A DNA stretch of 64,000 nucleotides, from contig NC_058382.1 in NCBI RefSeq assembly GCF_018350175.1, positions 49,230,001-49,294,000 of the forward strand, given 5' to 3'. This DNA is from Felis catus (Eukaryota). A program made the translations under genes and the position numbers. How positions within the stretch are numbered: position 1 is the stretch's first letter; every line of letters begins with the position of its first letter. Positions 1 to 13,544 of this stretch are shown one piece after another. The notes under the pieces were generated by a model that did no database searches, was not told where the DNA came from, and saw only the letters and a list, made by a program, of their open reading frames with translations.

Positions 1-189
1 AATGAATGGTGTGCAGACACGCATGCTCACTCCGTCCACGCCCGCTTCCAGTTACGACCCAGTCACCCCTCTGAGCAGCAGCAAATGCCCTGATGGCCAC
101 TTGTTCCCGGCCTGACTCCCAGAAAGATCAGCAGCTCCCCCGAGCGGGTCACGGTTGCCAGGCCCCGGGCAGGAGCCTGCCCTGCTCAC

Positions 190-362
190 CTTGTGGTGCT
201 GGCCATGCAGGACGAAGTGCAGCAGGATAAGGTAATAGCTGTCCCCGGGGGGCTTCATGTGGAACAGGAAGCGGTGGATGAGGTACTCCGTGAGGCTCCA
301 GAGGAGCAGCCCCAGCACGAAGAGGCCCGGGAACACGGACTTAGGCATGGCCACCGAGTACT
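190..362 (-). CDS. FA2H: FA2H coding exon 5 (173 nt; His boxes HRFLFH and HGQHH of the di-metal hydroxylase domain)
   Basis: Acceptor ttctgcag|AG, donor AAG|gtgagc. Translates (E)[57 protein letters not shown]. The gene continues beyond the left edge. Confidence 0.97.
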
Positions 363-667
363 CTGCAGAATGGCCAGACAGAGGCAAAGTCAGGGCAGAC
401 AGCCCCAGTGGGCGCTAAGGCCTGGTGGCTCCAGACACGCCATCTCACGGCCCCGTCACCTTGGGGGCTGCTGCTCTCCATCCAGCAGCTCTGGGGCCGG
501 GCCACACTGATGGGACTCTTGGGTCAAAATGGGAAGGAGGCCGTGAGGGGCTGCGGCGCTCAGAGGGGTCCTCCCTGGGAACAATGGGGCTGCTGGCCAG
601 AGGTCTGGGATCTTCCTTAGGGGGACTGAGGGGAGCAGCTGTTGCCAGTGCTGGAAATTTCTCTGGT

Positions 668-1256
668 GCTATGTTCTGAACGTGTTCCCCCCACCCCCCC
701 TCAAATTCATAGGTGAACAGAAACATCACTGCCAATGCGATGGGATTAGGAGGTGGGGCCTTTGGGAGGTGATTGCATCATGAAGCGGGAACCCTCCTGA
801 ACAGGACTAGTGTCCTTATAAAAGAGACTGCACGGGGTGCGTGGGTGGCTCAGTCGGTTAAGCGTCTGACTTCAGATCAGGTCATAATCTCGTGTTTCTT
901 CAGGCTCTGTGCTGACAGCTCAGAGCCTAGAGCCTGTTTAGGATTCTGTGTCTCCCTCTCTCTCTCTGCCCCTCCCCGACTCATGCTCTGTCTCTCTCTC
1001 TCAAAAATAAATAAACATTAAAAAAAAGCGGGGGGGGGGGGGGAAAGAAGGGCAAAGACTGCACCTAGCTCCTTCCCCTTTTGGCCATGTGAGGACATCA
1101 TAAGATATTTGAGACCTGCAAGAGAGGACTTCACCTGACCAGGCTGGCATCCTGATCTGGGACTTTTAGTCTTTTGAACTGTGAGTAATACATTTCCTAT
1201 TTTTTATAAGTCACCCAAGCTGTGATGTTTGATTAAAACGGTCCAAATGGCTGACG
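668..1256 (+). mobile_element. MaLR LTR (MLT1A-like) interrupted by a Can-SINE at ~834-1030
   Basis: tgctatgttctgaa...ttaggaggtggggcctttgggaggtgatt...gtccttataaaagagac and 3' ...gaactgtgagtaatacatttc...ataagtcacccaa. The SINE is flanked by agactgcac repeats. Confidence 0.75.
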
Positions 1257-1729
1257 CTTCTGGGAAGGGTGACTTTGTTTCGGTGGCATAAGGGAGAGGG
1301 AGGGACGATCCCAATGAAGCCAGCAGAGCCTGGGGGTTATTGATGAAAGCTGTTAACAACCCGGGATCGGGATCGGTGGGGCTGGGGGTAGGGCAGGAGG
1401 GACAGGAAACCCAAGCAGAGAAATCTTAGCAGACAAGACTTAAAATCACATCTGTGAGGGAGACGTGAAACAACCGAAGATGATTCGCTCGGAGACCAGA
1501 AGACTTCAGAGATGTAACTGTCATCAGGTGCGAGTTCCCAACACCCAGTGGTCTGAGGACAGCCCGCAGTCGCTGAGGGTCTCCTTCCCTTTCCCCATTC
1601 ATTCTTTGACTTCATGGTGACGTCAGCTCTGGTCACTGTTTTCTCCAAGCCTAACCTCACCCTCTTAGCTTTACTTTTCCCCACAAGCCACTCCTTTGGC
1701 CAGACTTCCTCTCCCTTTTTAAGAATAAT

Positions 1730-2219
1730 AGTCTCACTGAAATATAATTCACATGCCGTACAATTTACCCACTTAAAGTGTATAATTCAGTGGTTTCTAG
1801 TATACTCAGGATTGTGCCACCATCACTAGTCAATTTTAGAACATTTTCATCCCCCCAAAAAGAAACCCTGTATCCATTACCAGTCACTCCCCACTTTCTT
1901 CCACACCCCCGCCACTTTGCAACCCGTGGAAACCACAAGTCTATGTTCTGTCTATGGATTTGCCTATTCAGGACAGTTGATATAAATGGACTCATAAAAT
2001 ACGTGGTCTTTTATGACTGGCTTCTTTTACATATACTATTTTGAAGGTTCACTGATATCGGGTGCCTGGGTGGCTCAGTTGGTTAAGTGTCTGACTCTTG
2101 ATTTCTGTTTAGGTATTAATCTCACGGTGCATGAGATCGAGCCCTGCGTGGGGCTCTCTGCTGACAGCTCAGAGCCCGCTTGGAATTCTCTGTCTCCCTC
2201 TCTCTTTGCCCCTCCCCTG

Positions 2220-2251
<32 letters not shown>

Positions 2252-2760
2252 GCCCATGGATGGCTCAGTCGGTTGAGCGTCTGATTTCAGCTCAGGTCAT
2301 GATGTCACAGTTTATGAGTTCCAGTCCCGTGTTGGGCTTGCTGCTGACAGCGCAGAGCCCACTTTGGATCCTCTGTCTCTCTCTCTCTCTCTCTCTGTCT
2401 CTCTGCCCTCCCCCACTGCCGCCACTCTCTCTATATACGTCAAAAATAAACATTTTTTAAGAAGGTTCATCCATGTTGTCATATGTATCAGGACTTCCTT
2501 CCTTTTTAAGACTGAGTATTTTTCCATGTTATGCATAGACCATCTCCGTTTATCCATTCCTCAGTTGATGGGCATCTGGGTTATTTCTATTTTGGGGCTG
2601 TGACGAATAATGCTGCTATGAGCGTTCATGGACAAGTTTTTGTGGGGGCATGCTTCAGTTGTCCTGGGGATAAGCCTAGGAATGAAATTGCTGGGTCGTA
2701 TTGTAACTATGTTTACTCTTTTGAGGAACCACCAAACTGTTTTCCAAAGATAGCCGTTCT
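1730..2760 (-). mobile_element. Old L1M 3' fragment containing a tandem Can-SINE pair (2060-2460, + strand)
   Basis: Typical antisense L1M 3'UTR text (aatataattcacat...ttaaagtgtataattcagtgg...ttgcctattc.ggaca). Two head-to-tail SINEs flanked by gaaggttca. Confidence 0.75.
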
Positions 2761-4264
2761 CTTTTGATCTTTCCTCCATCTCCCTTACCCACCCCCATGA
2801 ACCCTCAACCCAGTACAAGAACCTGTCTGTCCTCTGCATATGCAAGCTGCTGAGCACAGAGGGCGAGCTGTGTAGACACGGGTCTGGAAGCTTCAACCTC
2901 AGCTCTTGCGCGGTGATCCTTTTATGTCTCCAGGCTTAGATCCCTTCCTGCTGCTCTCAAACACTGCCCCCTCCATCCACCCAGCCTCCTACTTCAGACT
3001 TCCTCCACACCTTCCCTTCCACCTTTAACCATACCCAATTCTGCCCCCGCCCTTGAACTCCTTTCCTGCTCCTCAGGGAAGAGAGAGGCACCCAGGCACC
3101 TGGGTACTGGATGGTGGCAATAATCATAACAACAGGTGTATACAGATCAGTAACTACATACCGAGCACCATGTAAGTGATTTACATGGATTACTTCATGT
3201 TTCCCCTCACTGCAACCTTATGAGGGAAGCCCTGACATTACCCATATGGGTGAGGATATGGAGATACAGACAACTTAAGTTACTTGCCAGGCTCAACCCA
3301 CTAGGGAGTGCAGAGGCCACAGCCTGCTTCCCCCACCCCCTCCATCCCGAGCCCCTCCATCCCAACCAACTCCTCTCTGGGCATCTTCAACTTCTTCTCT
3401 AGTGGGCTTTCCCATCATAGACTCTCCCTGATTCATAGCCGAGCCTATGGGAAAGACAGACTAGACTCGTATCTCTACTTGATTGCTTCCCATTTGATTC
3501 TCAAGCCCCTACAGTCCGTCTTCTGCCCCAAGCCACTGGAATTGCAAAGGCTATTCAGGATATACTTCTTGCCAGATCTAGTAAGCTTTTCAATTCATCC
3601 CCTGCTTGGCTGTGGCATATGATATTAGTGACCAGTCTCTTCTTGAATCTGGAGCCCCCACGAGTTCCTAACCTGAGGTTGTTGAACACCCAGAGTCCTC
3701 AGCTGGATTCCAGGGTGTCTGTGAAACTCCTGAAATGGTAACCTAAAGGATGCCTCTTCGTACGATTTTTCAGGAAAGCGAGTCCACAGCTTCTCAGAAT
3801 ATCTCGAAGGATCTACAACCAGTATGGTTAGAATACACAGCTTGGCTTTTCTCCTCTTCCCTAGATGCCCCTTGTCAGGTTCCATCGTGGAAATGCTGCC
3901 TCAGTCCCCAGCGTCAAAGCCTTCCTGCTCCACTCTCCCATACTCCCTGCTCGATGCGGGAAGGTGGCCACACCCACAGGCTGACCACCCCCCACCCCAG
4001 ACCCACACTTCACCCCAGCCCCGGACAGCCACTTGCTACAGGGGAACCTCCACATGGCTGTCCACAGGCCCCCAAAGTCAACAGTGGCCAGACGAGACCA
4101 ATCTTCTTCCTCTTCTCCGTGCCCATCCTATCACCCCACGATGCTCCTCTTGGGTTCTTTCCTCTGCCAGAGGCACCAATATCCACATGTGACCAAAGGC
4201 TTAACTTATCCCTTTCCCTCGCATCCATCCAGGCACCTGTAGGCTCCCCCTCTTTAACATGTCT

Positions 4265-4558
4265 TGGCAAAGCAAAAGAAGCCAGACACAAAAATCCACG
4301 TTCTGTATGGATCCATTTGTATGGAATGTCTAGAAGTGGCAAATGTGTAGAGACAGAAGGTAGATGTGGTGGTGGCCAAGGGCTTGGGGCGTGGGAAATG
4401 GAGAGCAATGGGATTTCCTTTTGGGGTGATGAGAATGTTCTGGAACTAGACAGAGGCGGCAGTTGCACAATGTTGTGGATGTACTAAATGGCACTGAATT
4501 GCTCGCTGTGAAATGGTTAATTTTGTTATGTGAATCTCATCTCAATTAAAAAAAAAAT
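4265..4558 (+). mobile_element. L1M (L1MB/MC-like) 3' end
   Basis: gaagccagacacaaaa...ttttggggtgatgagaatgttctggaactaga...aaatggttaatttt...ctcaattaaaaaaaa. Confidence 0.75.
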
Positions 4559-7500
4559 CTCTCTCTGGTCGATTCTTTGCTCTTAATCCCCTACTACCTT
4601 ATTACTTCTTGCCCAATGATGGCATCTGCCTCCCATCCCAGTCCCCTGCCTCCGTGCATGTTCAAACCCTTCCACGGTGCCTCGTTACCTTTAGGTAAAG
4701 TGCAAACACCCAAAGAGGCACTCAGAGTCCCTTGAGACCCGCCCAGCCAGCCACATCCCGCCTCGGTTCCCTGTTGCCTGGTAGTGGGACCAAACCAAAG
4801 CATGTGTGGCTCCTTAGATGTACCACATCCTCCCACCTCCCCATCTTATCCCTAATTTTGTTCATATTTTCTTTACTGGGATTCCCTCCCTGCTCCCTTA
4901 TCCTCGGAGATTCAGCCCACGTGTCTCCTGCGAAAAGCCTCCGCAGATGCCCCTCATCCCCACTGGGGCTGGTTTTGAAGCTCCCACCCCGCCCTTCATA
5001 TCATATCACAGCTACCGTGCTGCACCCTGGCTTGCGGGTTTTATCATTCGTCCCCATTTTATGGCAAGGGAGGCCTTTCATTTGATATCTCCAGGCCTTC
5101 ACACAGCAAGTGCTTGGATACTTGAGAGATGGGTGGTTGGAAGCAAGCCCCTCTGAAGGGTCGTACCCAGGTGAGGTCTGATCTGTGTCATTCTAAGGGT
5201 AGAACTGGGGCTAGAGGAAGGCAGCTTCGGGTTCTGTTGAAGGAAGCGTGGATGGCCACAGGTGGCTGCTGAGGAAGGAAGAAAGCCCAGGAAGGCAGGG
5301 AGGAGGAGGTGAGCTTCTAGCTCTTTGGAACAGAATCTAGGCCCAGCCCCATTCTGACAAAACAATGAAAGACCAAGGTGAACCTGACCTTTTGTACCAG
5401 GCTGAGCTGAGGGTGGGGGGAAGGGTGGGCAATAATCATGACCTTGGCTTGAAAGCTTCTCAAATGGGACCGTAGTGATGACTGTTGGCTCAGTGGGGAG
5501 GGAGCAGTGGCTTTCTAAAACCCCTCCCCCACACAGGGCCTACCAGCCACAGAGTGGTAATTTAGAGCCAGATCCCTAAGAACGGGCACTGAGAGGAGGC
5601 TGGCTTCCTCCTCTCTACAGGTCCTGACCTGCAGCTCTGCAGGTTACTGTCCCACTGTGGTGGGCTCAGTGGGTGGCAATTTATCAGGACATCAACCTAC
5701 GCCACGTCCACATTTGGTACAAGATGCTTCCCTAACAGCTCTGTGCGAGTGGCCGCCTGACCTTGGCTGAGCTGCTCTGGTAGGCGAGGAACCCTGCTTC
5801 TAGGGAGGTCCTGACACCTTTGGGGTCCTTCAAAACATGCTGGTTTTGGGCTTTGGCTTTGCAGATGTGGGTTCATATCCTAGCTCTGTACCACCTACCT
5901 CGGTGTTTTCTCAACAGTAAAATATCCTACGCATTGTGAAAGGCTGTCGTTAGGATGGAGGGAATAGACCACCTAATTATATGATAAGTATAGATAATAC
6001 ACAGTAAGAATAATATATTTTCAGATAGTAATACTGATAATATAATGCTCCTTATATATAATAAGTAGCTACTATAATATTTATTTAGCTACTATAATTT
6101 TTAAATGGGATCATTCACATTTAAATATGAGGCAAAATACATCTAAGTTCTAACTTGTGGTCCTACTGTGCCCATCTTCTCTTGATTCTCCTTGTAGAGT
6201 TCTGGAGGGTCCCTGGTTGAAGAAGCTCCCCAGCCTCCCGCCTCCCCCTGCCCAGAGTGCAGGAGCCCCACCTCGGTGCTCAGCTTTCCCATCAGCAGGG
6301 AGAGGACTGGACACACAGGAACATTCTGTGGCCACAGACTTTGGTCTTGACCTTGGCTCGGACTCCCACAACAGAGCCCGTTGGAGGCCTGCAGCGCCAC
6401 CCGGGGTGCCGCTGGGCAATGGTTCTGGCTCAGCACTCCCTCTCATCTGCTCCCAGGAACTGCTCTAGGGGCCATCCTCAGTTTCCAGAACCCCTCTGCC
6501 TTTCAGAGCATTCTCATTCACGCATCTAGGCATCTCAGCATCGCACTGGTGTCTCTGTTCAGCTTCCACTGCCTCTCGGCCTCCCGAGTCCTCTGCCTCT
6601 ATTCCAGCGCGCCCTCTGTCCACCAGCTGCACCGGGACCCTGCTGAGTACCCCCTGCCTCACTTCGCTGGCTCTTAGTTTCTCTGCTGGCGCCCGTGCCT
6701 TGCCTGACGAGCTTGGGGAGGAGGGAGGGATGTGGACACATCTCTCTCACGCCATCATCACTGGCATCACGGTCACAGACTCTACACTGGGCCTCTATTA
6801 GTGCATTTCAGCGCTCTGCAGAGGTCTGCGTTCAGGCCAAGCCCCAAGTCACCCTCCCTGCCACACAGAAGAGTCCCCTCCTATAGGTCAAGTCTCTGCC
6901 CGCCCCCTCACCCCAGCATCACCCCTGTCGGCCCATCCGGCCGGAGCTGGTACCGAGTGGCATCTCTGGAGGGCTCCTGCAGAGGGACCCGGGCCAAAGC
7001 TCTGGCATCCCCTTCCCCCTCCGGCTGCCAGCCCCGGCGGCCCAGCCACTGTTGGTGATTGTTAGGGGAGCGCCGGGTGGACAGTGGGCGATTCAGCGAG
7101 CAGGCCTTCTGAGCAACAAGCCTTGTGCTGTGCCTGAGCTATTCAGCGTGGGCAGAAAAGGGTAACCTTGGCATGTGGGGCGTGCACATTAACCCTTGGT
7201 GACCGGGAGCAGTTTGGGGCTCGGGGGGACTTCCTGCACTTGTTCGTCCCCCATCCCAACCTGGGCCAGGTGGGAAAACTGAGGCTCCCATCGCTGTGGC
7301 CAGGGTCCCTCTCACCTAAGCCATTCAGGCCCTCAACTTGTCCCCCACCCTGCAAAGGTGGGCTGGGAAGAGACGTTGGAGCGTGGGGAGAAGGAGCCTG
7401 CGTCCGGCAGAGAGAGGGAGGCTCTGAAGGCGCACAGTCAGGAATGGGAGACGTGCGATCAGGAGAGGAAAGCCCGCCTCACCCGCTCCCGGCACCCCTC

Positions 7501-8431
7501 CCCTGCCTGTCCCCTAACCTTGCCTGGGTCCGAGCCACCCACCAGGGGCTAGCACCTCCCTGAGGCAGGCTGTGCCAGGACACGGGACCATCTGTGCAGG
7601 CGGTATGTTTCTGGGGACACAGGTAGGTGGTAAGCTTGGGAAGCAGCGGGCAGAAGTGGCCACCCCCAAACCTTAGAGACTCAGTCACATAGGCTCTTTG
7701 GAAGTTGCCCCACATCGGCCCTTCCCTCTGTCCCCTGATCCTCAAAGCTGGGGGGCACCCGATATTCACATTCTAGCCATGTGACCCTGAATCCTCACTT
7801 GACTTTTCTGAGGTATTATGTCCTTGTCTCTAAAAGGGCATGATGATAGTACCTTTCTCATGGGGATGCTGGGAGGGTTAAGTGAGGTGGTCCCTGGAAT
7901 CTGGCAGGTGGTAAGCGCCCAATAGTGGTTAGTGGGGTTCGTACTCCAAGTCAGGACTTCTGTTGCATGAGCTTTTGCCCAGGAGACACCGTAGGACACT
8001 TCCAGATCTTTCTCTCCCAGGTTCTAATCTGTGCTGTGTTCAGTGGGCCATTTTGAGTTAAGCTCTCAGCTGTGCATCTAGTGAAATGATTTCATTTTGG
8101 TTTCGTTGACAGTCCCAAGTCCTACGTTTTATAGTATTACACTCAGCAAGAAGCCCTCTCCTTCATTGCTACGTCTCCTGATGAAATAATTTCGTTTAGT
8201 TTCTGCTCACGTGTTGTTGTTGTTGTTGTTGTTGTTGTTTTTATCCATTTGGGGCTGCGGTCGGGGGAGCCTGACAGTTTTCTTTGTCTATTGCTACAGA
8301 TAGGTCTCGTTTACAAATGTTTGTGAGGTGGTTTGGGGTTCTGTGTTCTTCAAAACTCAGGACCAGAGACACCACTGAAATTTCCTGCCTCCAGGACCCA
8401 GGGGAGCAAATCAGGAAGGAACCAACGTTAC

Positions 8432-8538
8432 CTGTGGAGAAGGAAGCAAAGAGTCGAACGTTGCCCTGGGCAAAGGTTCGGTAGTAGGACCAGCTGAGGT
8501 ACAGCACCAGGGGTGTCCAGATGAGGGGGACAGAGTAC
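8432..8538 (-). CDS. FA2H: FA2H coding exon 4 (107 nt, transmembrane segment)
   Basis: Acceptor cctgcag|G, donor ACAG|gtaacg. Translates (W)[35 protein letters not shown](E), in frame with exons 3 and 5. Confidence 0.97.
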
Positions 8539-8928
8539 CTGCAGGAGGATCCTCAGGGTGAGAAAAATACATGCACAGGGGCTCAACAGGGTTCAACTTC
8601 CCCAGAGACGCATCGCTCAACTAGAGGAAGGAGTAAATGATACCAAAGCATGTGCGGAAAGCATATGGAGACATAGGGCCAAAGGGACACTGCTTTGGGG
8701 ATGGGGAGAAGAAAAGAAGAGAGAGGCTGTAAGTCTATCTCCTTCTGTCTCTGAAGCGAGTTACTGGCAGAAAAGAATTGCATCCCTGTGTCTAGACTCT
8801 GTGCCGCTGGATTGATGCCGACCTCTTGTGGCAAAGAAGCCAATTGCAGGCAAAATTGTTCCCATGGGCTTTCCAGGCTGGAAAACCCTCCTAAGAGTCT
8901 GGAATGGAACAGGGGTGGCTGTTCTATT

Positions 8929-9120
8929 GACCCTGGGTGGCTCAGTTGGTTAAGCATCTGACTCAATTTCAGCTCAGGTCATGGTCTCACGGTTGTGGGA
9001 TCAATCGTGGTGTTGGGCTTAGCATGAAGCCTGCTTGGGATTCTCTCTCCCCCTCACTATGCCCCTGCTCCACTCATGCTCTCTCTTAAAATAAATACAT
9101 AAACTTAAAAAAAAAAAAAG
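8929..9120 (+). mobile_element. Can-SINE in FA2H intron 3 (antisense to the gene)
   Basis: ctgggtggctcagttggttaagcatctgact...ctctctcttaaaataaatacataaac + poly(A). Confidence 0.9.
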
Positions 9121-9348
9121 AATGAGGTGACATTTAAAGTGGCTTCTGGCTACATGTTAGGTTGTCACTCACTCAATGGATAAACCAATAAGAATGGATT
9201 GTATCTATGGCATGTTCCACTGTCCCCAAGAGTTGACACTACAGCTCTGGGCTCTGGAGAGGGACCCAACTGTCCCTTCCCCTTCTGTATCTGACTGGCA
9301 GCAGCAGGAGAGAAGGACAGCCCCACCACGGGCCCAGAGCAGGGCTCA

Positions 9349-9507
<159 letters not shown>

Positions 9508-10585
9508 TCAAGTGCACTTGATATTCACACCTGTGCACATTCACTCTCCCATTTTCTGGTACGATATCCCAATCTCCATTCCCCACCTAAGCTCACATGA
9601 TCTGTACCCACCCCTCCACTTCAATGATCCTAGAACTGACCAAGACACTCATCTCAGCCTTCCAGTCACAGAAACGGGATCCAGGACAGGTCCATGACCT
9701 AAGCCGGTGCAATGAGTTGTCAGACACCCTTTCTTCCTGCTGGGGTTGCTAAGCTGGCACAGCACGACCCTGGAGTTGCTAGCAGACTTGGTCAACACAG
9801 AGGATGGCCAACCTAGGAGCTAGAGACACTGAATCTGGGTCATGACACCCGAGCACCCGGATTCAACCACACCCGAAGACTGAAGTCTCGCTCAGGACTC
9901 TTTGGGTCCAGAAGCCTCAGACAACAGGCCTGCTCTCTCAGCTGAAGGTGGGGCAAAAGGTGCAGCATCAATCTGAGGACACAGCTGTGAGGGTCCATGG
10001 CTGCATCGTATAGGCATGTTTAGAATCCAGGCCTGCGTGTTGATGAATTGGAGGTGATGTGCTGTTGGAATTCTCCAGTGTTAACTTTGGAACTCTGTAT
10101 CCGATTGGGACAAGAGTGCTGTGGAGCCTTTATGGTCAGCAACCCAGTAAACCTCACACAAAGTGAAGGCTGTTGGACACCGTTTTGAAGGTCATGGCTG
10201 GCAGCCGACACAGGTCTTTTCTGATAGCACAGCAGTGCTGAAGCCGGAAGTTGCGATGAGATTTTGTTAGGAGAGAGACCCTAAGCTTTCTGTACATCTT
10301 TGCTCTTCTCCACTGTAATTTTTATTTCTTTGCACATTTTGAGCATGAACACTTGATGTGACATTGTAGCAAATGATGCATGACTTGCCTTCCACATCTA
10401 GCTTTAGTCCCTCAAACCCATGGCCGGGTCGTGGGCATGGACTTACTTTAGATACGAATGGGAAAAAAAGTCTATGATAGGCATATTAAGTCTGCAATTT
10501 TATGAAGTTAGCTACAGAAAATAAATTATTTGGCCCCTGCAAAAATGAAAACAAAAACAATAAAAAACAAAAAAACTGTATTAGT

Positions 10586-10747
10586 GGGGCACCAGGGTGG
10601 CTCACTCGGTTAAGTGTCCGACTTCAGCTCAGGTCATGATCTCGTGGTTTGTGAATTCAAGCCTCACATCGGTATCTGTGCTTATAGCTCAGAGCCTGGA
10701 ACCTACTTTGGATTCTGTGTCTCCCTCTCTTTCTGCCCCTCCCCCAC

Positions 10748-10795
<48 letters not shown>

Positions 10796-11700
10796 AAAAA
10801 TAAACATTTAAAAATTAAAAAGAAACTGTAGTAGCAATCTCTCTCTCTCAAAAATAAACATTTAAAAATTAAAGGGGCGCCTGGGTGGCTCAGTCGGTTA
10901 AGTGTCCGACTTCAGCTCAGGTCACGATCTCGCGGTCCACGAGTTCGAGCCCCGCGTCGGGCTCTGGGCTGATGGCTCAGAGCCTGGAGCCTGCTTCCGA
11001 TTCTGTGTCTCCCTCTCTCTCTGCCCCTCCCCCGTTCATGCTGTGTCTCTCTCTGTCTCAAAAATAAATAAAAATGTTAAAAAAAAGTTTAAAAATTAAA
11101 AAAAAAACTGTAGTAGCAATAAAATAGGCCTTTTCCCTTTTACCATGGGCTTTCTTCTTGATATTGGTCTGGATGATTCATTCATTCACCCATTCAAACT
11201 ATTATTCATTCAAAAATTTGCTTGATATTTCATATATGTGTATATTTTTATGCAAGCAGCTGGGAAAAAGAAATGGAAATGTAAGAGACCATCTTTGCTT
11301 TATATAGCTTAGTGCTTAATTAGAGTTGACTGTAGAGTCAGGCCTAGGTGCAATTCCTGCCTCCATCACTTACTGTGTGACCTTAGGCAAATTACTTGAC
11401 TTCTCTGAGCCTCAGTTTTCCCAGCTATGAGATGGAAGTAATGATACCCGCATAAAGTGTTCAGCAAGCTAAAACATGCCAGGGGAGGGGCGCCTGGGTG
11501 GCTCAGTCAGTTAAACGTCTGACTTTGGTTCAGGTCATGATCTCACGGTTTGTGGGTTCGAGCCCCACATCAGGCTCTGTGCTGACCGCTTGCTCAGAGC
11601 CTGGAGCCTGCTTCGGATTCTCTGTCTCCTTCTCTCTCTGCCCCTCCCCCACTTGGGCTCTGTCTCTCTCTGTATCTCAAGAATAAATAAATGTAAAACT
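10586..11700 (+). mobile_element. Three Can-SINEs (10586-10820, 10874-11087, 11487-11700) with a MIR remnant at ~11330-11460
   Basis: tRNA-derived heads ggggc(a/g)cc(a/t)gggtggctca, (CT)n tracts, AATAAA and A-tails. MIR core tgtgaccttaggcaaattacttgacttctctgagcctcagtttt. Confidence 0.88.
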
Positions 11701-13544
11701 TTCTAAACAACAACAACAACAACAACAACAAACACACCAGGTGAGGTAGTTTAGTGGTGATGCAAGCAGACTGAGATTAGAAGGCAGAATGATTGGTACC
11801 AACGCCTGGGTCCAGGGTAGGAGAAAGGCCTTGCAGAAAACCTAGGGTTTGGGTTAGAGCCCACAAAGCATGGAAGACTTGGAAAGAAGAGGGGAAGGGT
11901 GCAGGAGGAGATATGGAGTTGAGACTATGACCTACGGAGGTCAACTCTATGGAGTTGAGACTGTGGTCTATCTGGTATTTTGACACCAGTCTGCAGGGCA
12001 GTAGGAAGAAATCTGTTGATGGTCTTAGATGACAGAACACCCAGTACCAGGCCCAGGAGTTGGTACTTTATCCTCCAGGCCAACTGTCTCCAGGGTGGGG
12101 GTGTATGCATCCCCTAGGGGTACTCAAGGCTGGTCCACAGATGCAGGGAGAAAATTTTAGAGACTCTTTCTGTTTGTGACACATTTATCTCATCTTTAAA
12201 CCATGTATGGATATTTTCTAATACAAGAGTACATTAGCACATGCAAATAATTTAGAGATAATTAAAATAGACATGTAATGGACAAGGTGCTCTAAATGTT
12301 TTACTCATAGGGATGCAAGATCAAAAAAGCCCGGAAGCTGCAGCTCTAGGAAACGCAAAGCCCTTGAAGATTTCTGAGGAGTCCGCATATTGAAGAAGAT
12401 TAACCTGGGTGCAAATCAGTAAACCACAACCGGTAAAGAACAATGAACTTGTAGTGAGAGACCACTTTCAAAGCCAGCCATGTATCAGCCATGGGCAAGT
12501 GCCTTTACCTCTTGGAGCTCCTAGGCTCTGGCATCTGTAAAGCTGGGTGTGCCCTGACCTTCCACCCACAATAGGAGAGGGGGTCAGATGCGCCCAGTGC
12601 ATGGTGGGTGTCAATGAATCTCCAAAATAAGGGAGTTAGGCAGTGTCAGGAAAGTAAGAGTGTGTACGTGGAGGAAGAGCACTCGCGCCTGGGACAAGGA
12701 GTCAACAGTGATTCAGAGACCTGCTTTCCCGCGTCCCTGGCCGGAACGTCATCCTTGCACAGGCCTCCATGCCAAAGCTGGTGTGGCTTCAGCAGATCCC
12801 AGCCCTGCCAGAGGCGAAACGAGCCCCATTATCACAGCCTTGGAACAGGGTTTAGGGGCCTCAGGGCCAGCAGGGAGTTCACTGGGCCTTCTTTCTGTGC
12901 CTGTGACCAGGGAGGAAAGGCCCCAAATCTTTGTGGTTCCTGCCATGTGAACTTGGTGATTCCCAGGTGGTGGCTGCCTTCCTGCTTCTCAGGCTAGAGG
13001 ATGACTCATGTCAGCCTGGAGCCATCCATCCAGCACCAGTTATACCTGGCGATCACCCAAACCTCACCTGGCCCCAGCTCCCTTCCTGGCCCCAGTCCCC
13101 AAGTCTCCTTGACTTTCTCCCTTGGTTCTAGCAGCAGATAGATTCATTGGGTACACACTGTCTCATTCCTTCCATTCCTCTGCCTTAGGTCTCTACACAC
13201 GCACGTACACAGCACCATCGCCACCAGGAAAAAGAACTGGAGGAACCAGCTAGCGGCCTTTGTTTACACCTTATCTTGCAGCGCCTCCAGAGCCCCACCT
13301 CAGAGGAAGCTAAGCCGGGGTCATGGTGAGAGCTTGAGGCTTTGTCCCAATTGCAATAACTTTAGAACTAACATTCACAGGGCATTTGTCATCTGTATAT
13401 TCATCATGTACCAAGCACGGTTCTAAACATCTTACGTGAATTAAATCATTTGACCCTTGCCGTACCCCTAACTAGGTAGCTACTATTATTATTGTTATTT
13501 TGCAGATGGGAAACGAAGGTGGGCAACTTGCCCAAGGTTGCCCA

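Noticed and set aside
10874..10960. tRNA-like A and B boxes (tggctcagtcgg...gttcgagccc)
   Set aside because: These are the tRNA-derived heads of Can-SINEs, followed by (CT)n and poly(A); not tRNA genes.
10597..11099. Recurring ORF family 'MAQSVKxxTSAQVxISxxxSSSP...' across the window
   Set aside because: These are translations of Can-SINE copies, not a gene family or repeat array.
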